This document shows positions 38,767-50,223 of a stretch of 57,848 nt of DNA, piece after piece. The notes under the pieces were generated by a model. That model saw only the letters and a list, made by a program, of their open reading frames with translations. It was not told the origin of the DNA and did not search any database. A program made the position numbers and the translations under genes. This DNA is from Catajapyx aquilonaris. Lineage: Eukaryota. Numbering within the stretch: the stretch's first letter is position 1; each line of letters begins with the position of its first letter. Location of the stretch: assembly GCA_000934665.2 (NCBI GenBank), contig JYFJ02002389.1:1-57848 (forward strand). Direction: 5' to 3'.

Positions 38767-39575
38767 ATGAAAATGATAATTACAATGAACTTTTGCCATT
38801 TAAAAAAGTATAACAGGAAGTGCATGTTTATTTTGAATTAGCGATCATTTTAGTCATTGTTCAAAGAATGATTGCATATAGTCAATACATTGAAAAGCAT
38901 TATATAATAATCAAAATTAAAATATGGATGGGGTCCTAAAAGACCCCACGTCACGGTTGCCGTAACTTTCAGGCACGTCACGATTCCAGGGTTAAAAACA
39001 TGTTTGAAGCTAATTTAGAAAGGGAGGTGGTTTTAAAGTATTTTTCTCACAACGAATTTTTTGCTGCAGGAATCGGGTAATGTAGTACAGTATTTCTACT
39101 ACACAACAACGAATTGATAGAGAGATGCAATGTTCCTTCCTATAATATTGTTTGTGGCCCACATGTATGGGAGAGTGGAGATGAATGGGACACAGGAGGA
39201 ATTGAGTGTATACTTTTTCTCAGACCGTGAAACAAAAAATCTTCGCGTTTTTTGGTATGACGAGACTGAGTGGCCCCTTTGTCCCATGTAATTACAGTGG
39301 TGTACCTGGCAGCCTAAAAATTGGAGGAAGAAAAAACTGGTTTCTGTCACTTCGGTCGACATTATTTTTTTTGTACGCCTGATGCACCGCTACTATAAAA
39401 GTGATTCATTCGTGACACTATTCAGTGAATAGTCATACCACTTAATGCTATTGTTGTTGATGTTACTTATGCATGATTTTAAGCACGATTTTTTAAAAAT
39501 ATCCCTGAGAAGCCAAAGGTTGCACACAAAATCGTGAGTCCTACTCTCCTCTAATGGTGAAATTTGACCTTCAGG

Positions 39576-42500
39576 ATGTCCCAGTCGCGCGAGGCCCTGG
39601 CCATGGACCTGGCGCGATCGCAAAGTTCCATCACCTTCGGGAAGAGCAAAGGCTGTTTCCTCAGCCGCGGCCTCGCATTCTTCCTGGCCCTACTCTTCAT
39701 CGGGGCTCTGGTACTGACAGGCTTACTTGTCTTCTACCTGGGAACATGCGGAGAAGGACGGACTGGATCTTCCCACTCGGAGTCATCGTTGTCCGACAGT
39801 ACGTCGACCGAGCCGTCGGAAGATTCAGACACTTCGGTCAAGGACGTACGGCTACCTACCAGCCTCTTGCCGGACCTCTACACGGTGCACCTGATACCCT
39901 TCATTCAGGAAGGGAACTTCTCCATTGCGGGACAGGTTTGGGTGCTGCTCAATTGCACCCAAACTACCAACAATATCACCTTGCACATCAAGGACATCCA
40001 GATTCAGGAGGCTGAGGTCGAAGTGCAGGAGGCGGCCACTAACCGCAGTCTGCAGGTCACTCAACACAAGTACGACAAGGACAGAGACTTTTACATAGTA
40101 ACCCTGGACCAAGATCTGGAGGAGGGCAAGCAGTATCAGCTATACATTCCGTTCACAGGCGAGCTGAATGACAAACTTCGAGGGTTTTATCGGAGCAAGT
40201 ACACCGACAGTGCCACCAATCAGACCCGGTGAGACACCGGTTGAAGTGAAGAAACAGGGCGGGAATTTATTTTTTATTTTTTAAATTCCATCGACAGATG
40301 GTTGGCCACGACTCAGTTCCAGCCGACTGATGCTCGTCGTGCTTTCCCTTGCATGGACGAACCGGCCCTCAAAGCCCGATTCCAGGTCAGCCTCGCGCAT
40401 TCCAACAATTACACGTCAATCTCCAACATGCCGATCGAACGGACCGAACCAATGTGAGTGACACAATGTGCTCTAATGATTTCAGCATCCTAAGACAAAG
40501 TGTCACCTGAATATATATTTCAGAGACGGCATGACTGGATGGGTTTGGGACCACTATCAGGTGTCGCTGCCCATGTCTACTTATTTGGTGGCTTTTGTGG
40601 TGTCTGACTTTGCAAATAAATCCTCCGATAAAAGTCTGAGCAATACACCATTCAGGTGAGTATACCACAGATAAGAATGGATGGAAAAATGGCATTGATG
40701 ATGTCTTGTTGCAGAGTTTGGGCTCGAGAAGGTGCCATCGCTCAAGCCGAGTACGCTAGGAAAATAGGTCCACAAATCCTTGAATTCTTTGGGACTTACT
40801 TTAACATACATTTCCCGCTTCCAAAACAAGACATGATAGCTCTGCCTGACTTTAGCGCTGGAGCTATGGAGAACTGGGGACTTATCACGTTCAGGTGACA
40901 ATACGTTGTGTATAGTACTGTCGTTATTAAAATACACCATTTACATAGCCATCCTTTTCCTACAGGGAAACCGCGATGCTGTATGACGACAATGTGTCAT
41001 CAGCCATCAACAAGCAGAGAGTAGCTACTGTCATATCACATGAGCTGGCACATCAGTGGTTTGGAAACCTGGTCACCCCCAAATGGTGGACTGATTTGTG
41101 GCTGAATGAAGGATTTGCCAGCTATGTAGAATATCTAGGAGTTGATAATGTAAGTAAAGTAGTGAAATGATGACTCAAGATGATGCCTCAATTGCACTCT
41201 TCTTTGCCACAGTGGGCTAGCTCAAATATGTATTTACAAAGCTATCGGGAAAGGGCGAGTTTCTCATTTTAGTTTGCGAAGTCAAAATTAAGCTATGCTT
41301 TGCTGAATATGCAAATTTTGTTTGTTGAATCACTCAGGCTGACTGGCATAGTAACGCTACTGAAATATTAATAAACAAAATGTTGAACAGGTGGAGCCAG
41401 ATTGGAAGATTCTGGAGCAGTTTGTGACTGCGGAAATACACAGCGTGTTTGGACTAGACGCCCTTGAATCATCACATCCTATATCAATCCCAGTAGGAAA
41501 TCCCGACGAAATCAATGAGATATTCGACCGCATTTCGTACGGAAAAGGTGCACAAAACTCGATCGACTCTTCACTGTACCGAATCCTGGTACATCTCTTA
41601 AAGCTCCACTTGTTCCGCAGGTGCATCCATTCTCCGAATGATGAATCATTTCCTCACGGAGAAGACCTTCAAAGCGGGTCTAGCGAACTACCTGGAGCAA
41701 TGGTAAAGCTTAAATATGTGCAACCACATTGTTAATACTATACATTTGTTGTAACTTGCAGGAAGTACAGCAGCACCGAACAGGATGACTTGTGGCGTGC
41801 GTTGACGGACAAGGCACATGCCGACAACAACCTACCAGCTGACCTGAACGTGAAGGAGATCATGGACACATGGACGATCCAGATGGGCTTTCCTGTCATA
41901 AACGTGATCAGGGACTACGACCGTGGTACAGCTGTAGTATCTCAGGTATATCGCACTCCCACGATTCACCTGAACTCTCCTTGTCACTTGGTTTAAGCGT
42001 GCAGCGTCTCCGTAGCTCAATGGCAGAGCACTGGCCCTTCTTTCTAAGAATGGGCGGGGTCCCGGGTTCGATTCCCGGCGGGGATAAAGCACAAGGTCTT
42101 TTTCCTGCAATTTAGATGGATATACATATATATGGATAGATGTGGCTACCTGCCAGTGTTGACGAATCTCTTGCAGACTCGCTTTTTGGTAGTGGAGCAA
42201 ACCAACTCGACGGACCGGCACCACTATTCGTGGTGGGTACCGCTGTCGTACACGTACCAGGGAGAGGGCAACTTCAGCGTAGCTAACACCAAGCCAAAGT
42301 CCTGGTTGGGCAAGAATGAAACGGAGAAGACGCTGACGGGATTTCCAACCGGAAAGGATGCCTGGGTTTTGTTCAACATCCAAGAGACTGGTATTGTGAA
42401 CAGGGTTTTTCAATGTATTCTGGGTGAAGATAGACGAGCCAAAAATGCCATTTTTTGATCGTTACTATGCTAGTTTCAGGGCGCTAGTGGTTGACATTCT

Positions 42501-45500
42501 TTTGGTTGTCTGACATATTTCTTCTGCATGGTATATAAAAATACTTGCCTAATTTCAGGATATTATCGAGTCAATTACGACTCCAGAAACTGGGATTTAT
42601 TGGTGGCACAGCTGCAGAACGATCATAAGCAGATTTACGTCATAAACCGCGCTCAGCTGCTAGATGATGCCCTAAATTTGGCTTGCGCTGGTCTCTTGCC
42701 ATACGAAAAGGCTCTGGAGGCTACCAAATACCTTCGTAATGAAACCGAATTTCTTCCCTGGGATGCAGCCTTTAGTAGCATACGTTATCTCAGCGACATG
42801 CTTCTCCGTACTGAAGGATATGGCCTCTTTAAGGTAAGTAATGTAACCAGGAAGCAAGACCACTGGGACATTACACTCTCCCTTGTCAGATATACGTTTT
42901 GGATCTGCTAAAGCCACTGTACAAACAAGTTGGCTTTGAGAAGAAACCAGGAGATGGTCAGCTTGAAATCTACAACCGGGTGAATCTCCTAACCTGGGCC
43001 TGTGCCTTGGGTATGGACGATTGCATTAATCGAGCTTCCGATAGCTACCGTTCGTGGATGAACCAATCTGATCCAGACGCCTATAACCCGTGAGCATACA
43101 ATTAGCACTTACGTAAGCAACGGGTACTGATCTTCTGGTTTTGCAGAATTCCTGTGGACCTGAAACGCTTGGTGTACTGCACAGCAATCAAGCATGGCGG
43201 CGAGCAGGAGTGGGAATTTGCATGGGAGCGTTACCAGAGGGCCAATGTTGGTTCAGAGAAAGATACGCTTTTGTCCGGTATGGGCTGTTCTCGTGAAGTG
43301 TGGATACTAAGCAGGTACAGTACACACATCTACTGTACAAACCAGGCTTACTTATAGACCTTGGGTCTTTCAGGTACCTGAACTGGTCCTTGTCTGAAGG
43401 CTCCGGGATTCGCAAGCAGGACGGATCCACCGTGTTCCGAGTGGTGTCCAGCAACCCCATAGGCCATTACTTGTCCTTTGATTTTATCCGAGACAAGTGG
43501 CAACGGATCATGGAGTAGTGAGTTTGGTGTTGGGAGAGGGGATTTTCATTCTAGACTGTCCTCCTCCATACCTCTACCTTTTTGCCCCCCTCATGGCAAG
43601 GCTGGGAAGGGGCAGAAAAAGAAGGCATTTTCACCACACCTTACTTCCACTTATCCTATTTAACTTTTCTTTAATCTTCTGTTGCTTCCTGATTCTTGGT
43701 GTGACTAACATTTTTATTATAGTTTTAAAACTAACGCATGTGTATTATAGCTCATAAACTATATTGCATAGTTGAATGTCAACAATCAATTCTTGCTTGC
43801 CCTGCTAGCTGGGAGGATATGCGCTTGTAAATTAAAATGGGTTAACTTGTACTGTGGTATCACGTACTGTGCTTATCAAGAATACGGAATGTGCAACCTT
43901 GGGATCAGGCATGATGATGAGAATCATTCTTGCATGCGCGGCTGTATTCCAACCGTTTCCTTGGGACGAACGCAGTTAAATCTAATTATTTTTTAACTAA
44001 CCAGGCAAAATTTAGCTCATCAGTAGTATGTGACGAGGAGTAGCATATACGGCTAACCAATTATTCAAAGATAGCGTGGTTTTTGCAAAAATAATTGACC
44101 TAATCAATACTGCATGGTCATAATGTAAAGATAGAGCTCAAAACCGTATTGTTGTAAATAAGCTTATAGCAGTGAACTATAGTCATAAATTAACGTAATG
44201 CCTGTGCAAGGAACAATAATTTTGATGTCTATTAACACTATCATCCTTCTGTATTTTTAGTCTGAGGTAGAAATTATTGTAATGGGAAAGTAATTAAGGG
44301 GATATGTGTGTTTTCCGTGGATATTACTTGATGCACATGTCACTTACAATGAGAGAGATTCCTTGTTAGTAGGGCGGTCTAAAAAAAAATAACTTTTTTG
44401 AAACCATCTGCGTTCTTGGGAATATCCCCCTAACCCTGTGTTCTACCTTGCTTACCCTTCCAGTTACGGCACCGGCTTTTTCGCAATTTCCAGCATGATC
44501 GAAGGTGTCAGCCAAATTCTCAACACCCCCTTTGAATTGCAACAGGTGAGTTTGAAATGCTTGTTGTTTTTCTTCACCCCTTCCCTACGGCAAAAATAGG
44601 CAGAGTTTGAGGAAAATTGATCAGGTATTTTTTTGACTATGGAAAAAAAAAGAGAAACTGTTCATCTCAGGAGGAGGGCAGTAAGGATATTTTTGGGGGC
44701 GGAGCAGGATATCAACTTTTGGGTTAAATTGCAGTTACGGGGGTGCAGGGCCTGGCCGATCTGGAATTTCTACCCTCAGTCGCCGATTTAACACGCCATT
44801 CGAGTTGCGGCAGGTAAGAGATGCACGTAGATTGGAGGTCACTTCGTAAAAGCTGTGGGACCACTTTGGTGTTTTTTTTTTAAACAATGAAATAATGGGC
44901 GCACACGTACATAAGCCTTATTCTGAATTTTAAATATGCCTTTATTACGTGCTAAATTCGGGCATGTTATGGGGCGAATACATGACATATTTAACCGTAT
45001 ATCCTTTAGAGTGAATATGGCTGCAAAGACTCGGAAGGGACAAAAGTGATACTGTCACTTAATAATAGGATTCCCTGTGGTTATAGATCATTGCTGCTTG
45101 AAATTGTTGCTATAAGTACAGTCTGAACGAGCTAAAACGGTAGATTAATTTCAATGGATTATGTAATTGAGGAAATTAAGCCTGGTTGAAAACTTTTCAG
45201 TTTTGATATTTTTCAGTTTGATACAGCCACAAACGAGTCGGAAAAATATTTAATTACTTGCTATAGGAAGACATGTAGGCCTATTGGTCATTGATAACTG
45301 TGTAGTGTTTATTAATTTTGACTTTTAATAAAATAATTACGGTCGTGTGTAGGAAGGATGAATTTTTCTCGGGCTCTTTCGGATTATTATTTTGATCCTG
45401 GGCATTCAGCATTAGTAAATGCCAATCCATTTGTGCGTAAATTTCTAAACTAGTTAGAAAATTATCAAAACTAATTTTTCTCTATGCAATAGCTTACTAG

Positions 45501-46086
45501 TTACTATGGTCAGTGAGATTTAAAAGTAGCTATCCAATTTTTAAAGTTCGAACCGTCACTGTTATGGTTTGCTTGTTAAAGTTCTATTATTTTTATCAAA
45601 TTAAATTGGATTCTAGCTCTATTAAAGCTGATTAAAGTTCCGACTTACGTCACCTTGTTATCATTGATAAACTGTAACAAATGACAACAATGGTGACTTA
45701 TGTCCGAAATTTAAAAACAGGAATACACTATGTTGTAGGAAACTGCATATTTCCTAGCTTTAATGAATTCGATGTACAATAGAGTTTTGGCGCGAAGTTT
45801 TGTTAGCCTCATAACATACGAACTTGCACGTAATAACAATTCGTCTCTGTAGTTGAGGGACTTTGGAAAGATGCTGCACTTGCTAACTACTGTCGTACCC
45901 AGATAATGATGATGTTGCCTCCCTCTTTAGATGCAAGAATTCCAGAACAGAAACCGAGGTTCCTTGGGAACTGCCAAGCGAGCCGTGGAACAGTCATTGG
46001 AAAAGACTGATGCGAACATTCGCTGGATGGAACAAAACTTCCAGGCCATCTTGCAATGGCTACGGAAGAATCAGCCCACCGCCTGA
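39576..46086 (+). CDS. APN: Aminopeptidase N-like M1 zinc metallopeptidase, type II membrane-anchored (about 988 aa)
   Basis: Exons 39576-40228, 40298-40453, 40524-40655, 40715-40894, 40966-41149, 41391-41547, 41621-41702, 41762-41945, 42177-42390, 42559-42833, 42890-43089, 43147-43314, 43374-43517, 44464-44545 (or 44735-44813), 45931-46086. All GT-AG and in phase (2967 nt). N-terminal TM helix, Ser/Thr stalk, [19 protein letters not shown] (40860-40874), HELAH-x18-E (from 41039), ISYGKG and an ERAP1-like C-terminal domain. Confidence 0.96.
42006..42086 (+). pseudogene. tRNA-like sequence (SINE head or tRNA pseudogene) in an APN intron
   Basis: A box TAGCTCAATGG, B box GGTTCGATTCC, pairable acceptor stem, but an oversized irregular anticodon arm. 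Confidence 0.6.
44735..44813 (+). CDS. APN: Alternative (mutually exclusive) penultimate exon of aminopeptidase N
   Basis: ttgcag|[27 protein letters not shown]|gtaaga; same phases and same ends as 44464-44545 ([27 protein letters not shown]). Confidence 0.8.
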
Positions 46087-47240
46087 AACCAGGGCAGAGG
46101 CATCTACTGGACAAGTCAGACATTTGCTCTGACCAATACCCGCTGACCCCAACTTTTGTGGAGTGTGCGGGAAGAACTGTTCTAATTTTTCTCTGTTTTA
46201 TTTCTTTTCGTGGAATTTTCTTGCACATACAAAAAAAAATGCCGTAGAGGACAACTTTTTCGTACTTGTCTTGCCAAATTAAGAGATAAGTGTTAGCCAT
46301 GTTCATTTCTTTCTCGTGATTTGTCACACTCGGATGATCCATTGCTATCCCACTCATGCATGTCTTTCTCCATCAATCACTGCTGCTCAGACTACAAAAG
46401 AAAAACACACAGCGCTAAGGAAGACTCTGATGACGTGCCTTGTAGATAAGCCACAGTTGTAAGCATTGTTGCCCGAAATGGAGGAATACCACAATAAACA
46501 GTACGTACAGAAAAAAATAACACCCCGAGGCAGGGAATGGCCAAGACAGCTTTCTGTGGCTTGCCATTATTTTTACACGTGAAAAAATAATCACCTTCAT
46601 CATCATCGTCACCACCATCATCGCCATCGGCCCATCTTCGGCACATCTTCGCAATTTTTGGCACAGAGATTGAGTTGCAATCGCTGGTACACGACAATCG
46701 GAATATTCCCTTATATTATAGTGCAAATTTCCAGGATCGGCAACTCTCCGACGTGCAAGTGTAAAACTGTACAGAATGGCTTGCAACAACAACAACAACA
46801 AATGTATGCTGCCTGCGCAAAGCCAGTGAACGGGGGGAAAACATTCTATAAATAATAAATAAAAAAAGTGGAGCTTACATGTGAGATTGCCAATTATCAT
46901 CTTTTTTGAATATAATATTGTATCGTGTCATCACTGTCGAGGAGCTTGTGTGTAAAGCAGCCATAATAACGACGCTGGCAAGCGTTAAGAAAAATAAAGG
47001 CGAGAAAATGAAGAATTGGAGTTTTGCTACTTCTCACATATCTTTATTGACGACAGTCACATACAGGGAGAGAGCCCATCCAGAGTGGCCAAAAAGTCGA
47101 GGTGTTTCCAAATTCGGGGCAGAGGGGTCATCCAAGGTAAGGGGCGAGTAGTTGAAGCGAGGGGACTCTCATCTGTCCTTCTGCAAGTACATCAGGATTA
47201 GTTTCTACCACCAGGTCACCAAACAAGACTCACCGTCTGA

Positions 47241-47619
47241 CTAGTTTTCGGGGGGAAACCAGGCAGAGCAGGTGTCATAGGCGATCTCGCAGAGAGCCGT
47301 CAGGGATTTGGTAGCTCCTTCATAATCTAGGAAAGAATAGATATCAGGACACTAACGACGGAAAACAACGCAGAGGCGTCGCTACACTACTGTCTTCAAA
47401 AAAAACTTGGTGAGAAAATCTCACTCATAGCAGCAGTGAGACGACGCCTCTGTCAATGACCCTGCACGTTTTAGGATGCGACTCACCAGCTGATGAACCA
47501 CGCTTTCCGAAGATGCTCCCGTTGAAAGGTGGCTTGCGGTAAGCTGCTGCCGTGTCCTGGCTAAGGACCAGAACCAGAGCCACAACGGCCAGAAGAATGA
47601 AGGTGCGTACTGATGCCAT
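47241..47619 (-). CDS. SIFa: SIFamide neuropeptide precursor (72 aa)
   Basis: Coding exons 47619-47487 and 47326-47241: signal peptide MASVRTFILLAVVALVLVLSQDTAA, then AYRKPPFNGSIF-G-KR, then GSSADYEGATKSLTALCEIAYDTCSAWFPPEN* with the typical two-Cys tail. Non-coding exon about 47923-47859, 3'UTR intron 47233-47181, AATAAA at 47048-47043. Confidence 0.97.
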
Positions 47620-47736
47620 AATACTGTCGGGAGACAAAGATGAGCAACAGTATGTTTGTGGCCACTTGTACAGAAAGCCACTACTATATGACACTGAGTA
47701 TGGATGAAGGAATGGACAGAGTGGTAGATCCAAAGG

Positions 47737-47810
47737 TCCCTCCGCCGGGGGTCGAACCCGGACCTCGGACTTAGCAAAGTCCGCGTCCTCACCACTTGGA
47801 CCACGGAGGC
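47737..47810 (-). pseudogene. tRNA-like sequence (SINE head) in SIFa intron 1
   Basis: GCCTCCG TGGTCCAAGTGG ... CGGAC-tttgctaa-GTCCG ... GGTTCGACCCC ... CGGAGGG; the anticodon loop is 8 nt. Confidence 0.6.
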
Positions 47811-47919
47811 CACCTCTTTGGCAACTCGGTAGATTAGACAGACAGGACTGGAGCTTACCTGAAGTGTTGGGAGATGTGAGAGCTGAGAGAAGATCTGCTG
47901 ATGACTGGATCTGGCACCA

Positions 47920-47954
47920 CACTGGCTCCGGAAGCGCAGATGCTGGCTTTTAAA
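47920..47954 (-). promoter_or_regulatory. Putative SIFa core promoter (TATA-like plus Inr-like)
   Basis: Minus strand TTTAAAAG (47954-47947) about 30 nt upstream of CCAGT (about 47923), followed by the donor cag|gtaagc at 47859. Confidence 0.5.
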
Positions 47955-48756
47955 GGTCCGCGCCGACAACCCAGGGCCCCAGAGGTTAAGAGGGAAGTTA
48001 ATAGTCTTTGAAACCCTATATTAGTCACCTCCCTGGCGTTATGATTCAATTAAGTAGCTTGCAAAGAAGTTTGGGTTTGGCCAACTTGGACCTTTCTTCC
48101 GCGCAGTCGTCTAATGGAGCCAAATGAGTTTGGATTGGCACTCACGCTGCCTTGATTGGGTTACGGCGGTCGAAGATTGGATGATGAAAGAAATGGAGGT
48201 GGGCCTTACTCTTATTCATTTGTATTCTTGCGCGGGTGTAGGCGGACGTGTCACCTAGATGTGACATCTGTGTCCCCATGCCCACCAGGCACTAAAAGGC
48301 ATTGGCAAGGAAGTATCGAGCTGATTTCTCCAGAAAAATTGAATCTGCAGGGCAGTTATCTGAGCTAAAATTCAATATTCTTTCCAATATTATTTGAGAT
48401 TGGGAACGATCTTGGCAGGACTTTACTTTGGCGGGTCATGACGCACTTTGTGGGCAGAAAACATGCTTGATATATGTAATAGTTATGGTAGATCTTTGAT
48501 CTTCGAACGAATGGATTGCATGGTTCAGAAGAAATTTAAATAAATTATAGTCCTCATTTAGAATTTACTGATTAGTATAGGCTACCTTGGCTTGTTTGGC
48601 TGAAGCAGTGTATATGAAATGTGATGTGACGCCACAAATGAAGCTGAATTTTGATCTCAATGTTTATAATTTTTATAATACACGATTTCTTTGGCCTACT
48701 CACTGTCTTACAAAATAATATATTCTCTCCCATAATGTTTGTCAAACACAAAACAG

Positions 48757-49083
48757 CAGTGGTTCCCAACCTTTTCGGGCCTTCACATCCCTTTGAGAGC
48801 AGTTGGTCCTTCTCGTACCCCCTATATACCAGGATGACAGATTTACCGAATCCTTGACATTTAACTAATCCGTGATAATCGTGATAACTACCTTATAATC
48901 AATATTTTGGGACCAGGAATATGATGAAGTGAAAGAAAATTTAGTCATTTTTAAGCCACTTATGGGTAGTACTATGTCCAAAATTGCTCGATTTGGACTC
49001 AGGGGAACTTACCTCTGCACCCCCGCCAAGAGGGCCACCTCGCACCTCCTGGGGGTACGGGTACTCCTGGTTGGGAACCCCTG
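48757..49083. mobile_element. hAT-family MITE in the SIFa-ETH intergenic region
   Basis: TIR CAGTGGTTCCCAACC / GGTTGGGAACCCCTG; TSD not preserved. Confidence 0.8.
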
Positions 49084-49645
49084 ACCTAGGGTCTGTTTCA
49101 TATCAATACTAATTAAGTTCCTATTGTATACTGCATGTCAAAATGTACTGTATAATCGAAGACTTTCCCTTGACACAATCAATTCTTTATTCAATTACTG
49201 AGAAGTTTACGAATAGGCGGGTGAATGTACCTTTCATCGCATTGCCATTGCGGAAGGTGCTTTTTCTTTTCCTATATGATGCTCACTCTGCAAAACATGC
49301 AAGTGCTAATTGTATTTCCATGTAGCCACCAGCTCGCGAAGTGAAAAGCGTATCACAATCATTATCTTTTTTTCGCGAAAAATATTGTTGCCTTTCACTG
49401 TGTGAACAACAATAGCAGAAAAAATAATCTCATATTGATTTTTAATGATACTTTACCATAATTCTGTATCTTCTGCTCAGCTTTATTTGACTTTGGGGCA
49501 GGGGAGGATGATGTGAGGCTTTGAATCGCAAATTTTGCACATAACAAAATTTGCAAATCGGAAGGAACAGGTGCATGGATGGTACGGGTTTATGCTGGTC
49601 TTGTACTACCCACATCCATCCATCCTGACAGATAAGACTAGTGGT

Positions 49646-49727
49646 TATAAAATGGCTTGTGGTGCCCGAAACAACAATCTCCTGGTTGAGAGCGTTCAGC
49701 ATACATCTATCGTTCCAAATACACAAG
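49646..49727 (+). promoter_or_regulatory. Putative ETH TATA box and non-coding first exon
   Basis: TATAAAA at 49646-49652; strong donor caag|gtaagc at 49727; next acceptor ttctag|50179 precedes the ATG at 50224. Confidence 0.55.
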
Positions 49728-49890
49728 GTAAGCTTGTGGACATTGCCACTTCTTGATTATTTGCACTGGTCTGAGGAAGCGCACTATTTAGTGGCGACAA
49801 CTGGTTAATTAGTCGGGAGAGGTGTGGCTGCCTTACTTGCCCGGTTGCCCACGTAGGAACTTTCCGGTTGAAACCCTGCATTTAGAAACA

Positions 49891-49900
49891 GTGACGTCAC
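49891..49900. promoter_or_regulatory. Perfect CRE/bZIP palindrome in putative ETH intron 1
   Basis: GTGACGTCAC. Confidence 0.35.
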
Positions 49901-50223
49901 TCAGCTCATGTGATTTTGATCCCGTCCATAACCACGCAAAATTGGCTTCTATCCATCCGTAATCAAATTTGGACACGTCATCCGGATGTAAGTACGCGGG
50001 CCATTTTCTCCTCTCCCGAACACTTTCCACGCTCGCCGTACTTTTAACAAAAGCGCTTTTGTCGTCAAATGCAATCACGCTAAACAACTTGCCGTTAAGC
50101 TACCAAGGCCTTGAAGTGGCCAAATTGCGCAGCGTTCTTAAACCCGAAATAAAACTCGCATTACCAATATATTTCTAGTATCTTCGGGAGATAATTATCA
50201 TCTCATTTCCAACACTGATCAAC

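Larger units (their letters stand above)
38206..38991. mobile_element. piggyBac-type MITE carrying nested retroposons
   Basis: TTAA|CCCTG ... CAGGG|TTAA; asymmetric sub-terminal inverted repeat accgtgacgtggggtcttttaggacccc / ggggtcctaaaagaccccacgtcacggt. Confidence 0.88.

Noticed and set aside
42006..42086. Functional tRNA genes here and at 47737, 57256 and 57457
   Set aside because: A and B boxes are present, but anticodon arms or acceptor stems are non-canonical; consistent with SINE heads or pseudogenes.
41832..42413. 193-aa minus ORF and other antisense ORFs over APN
   Set aside because: Shadow frames of coding exons plus a tRNA-like insert; no protein-like features.
47425..47922. 165-aa minus ORF as the SIFamide precursor
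   Set aside because: It runs through intron 1 (with a tRNA-like insert) and intron 2; the signal peptide starts at 47619 and the Cys-containing tail is on a separate exon.
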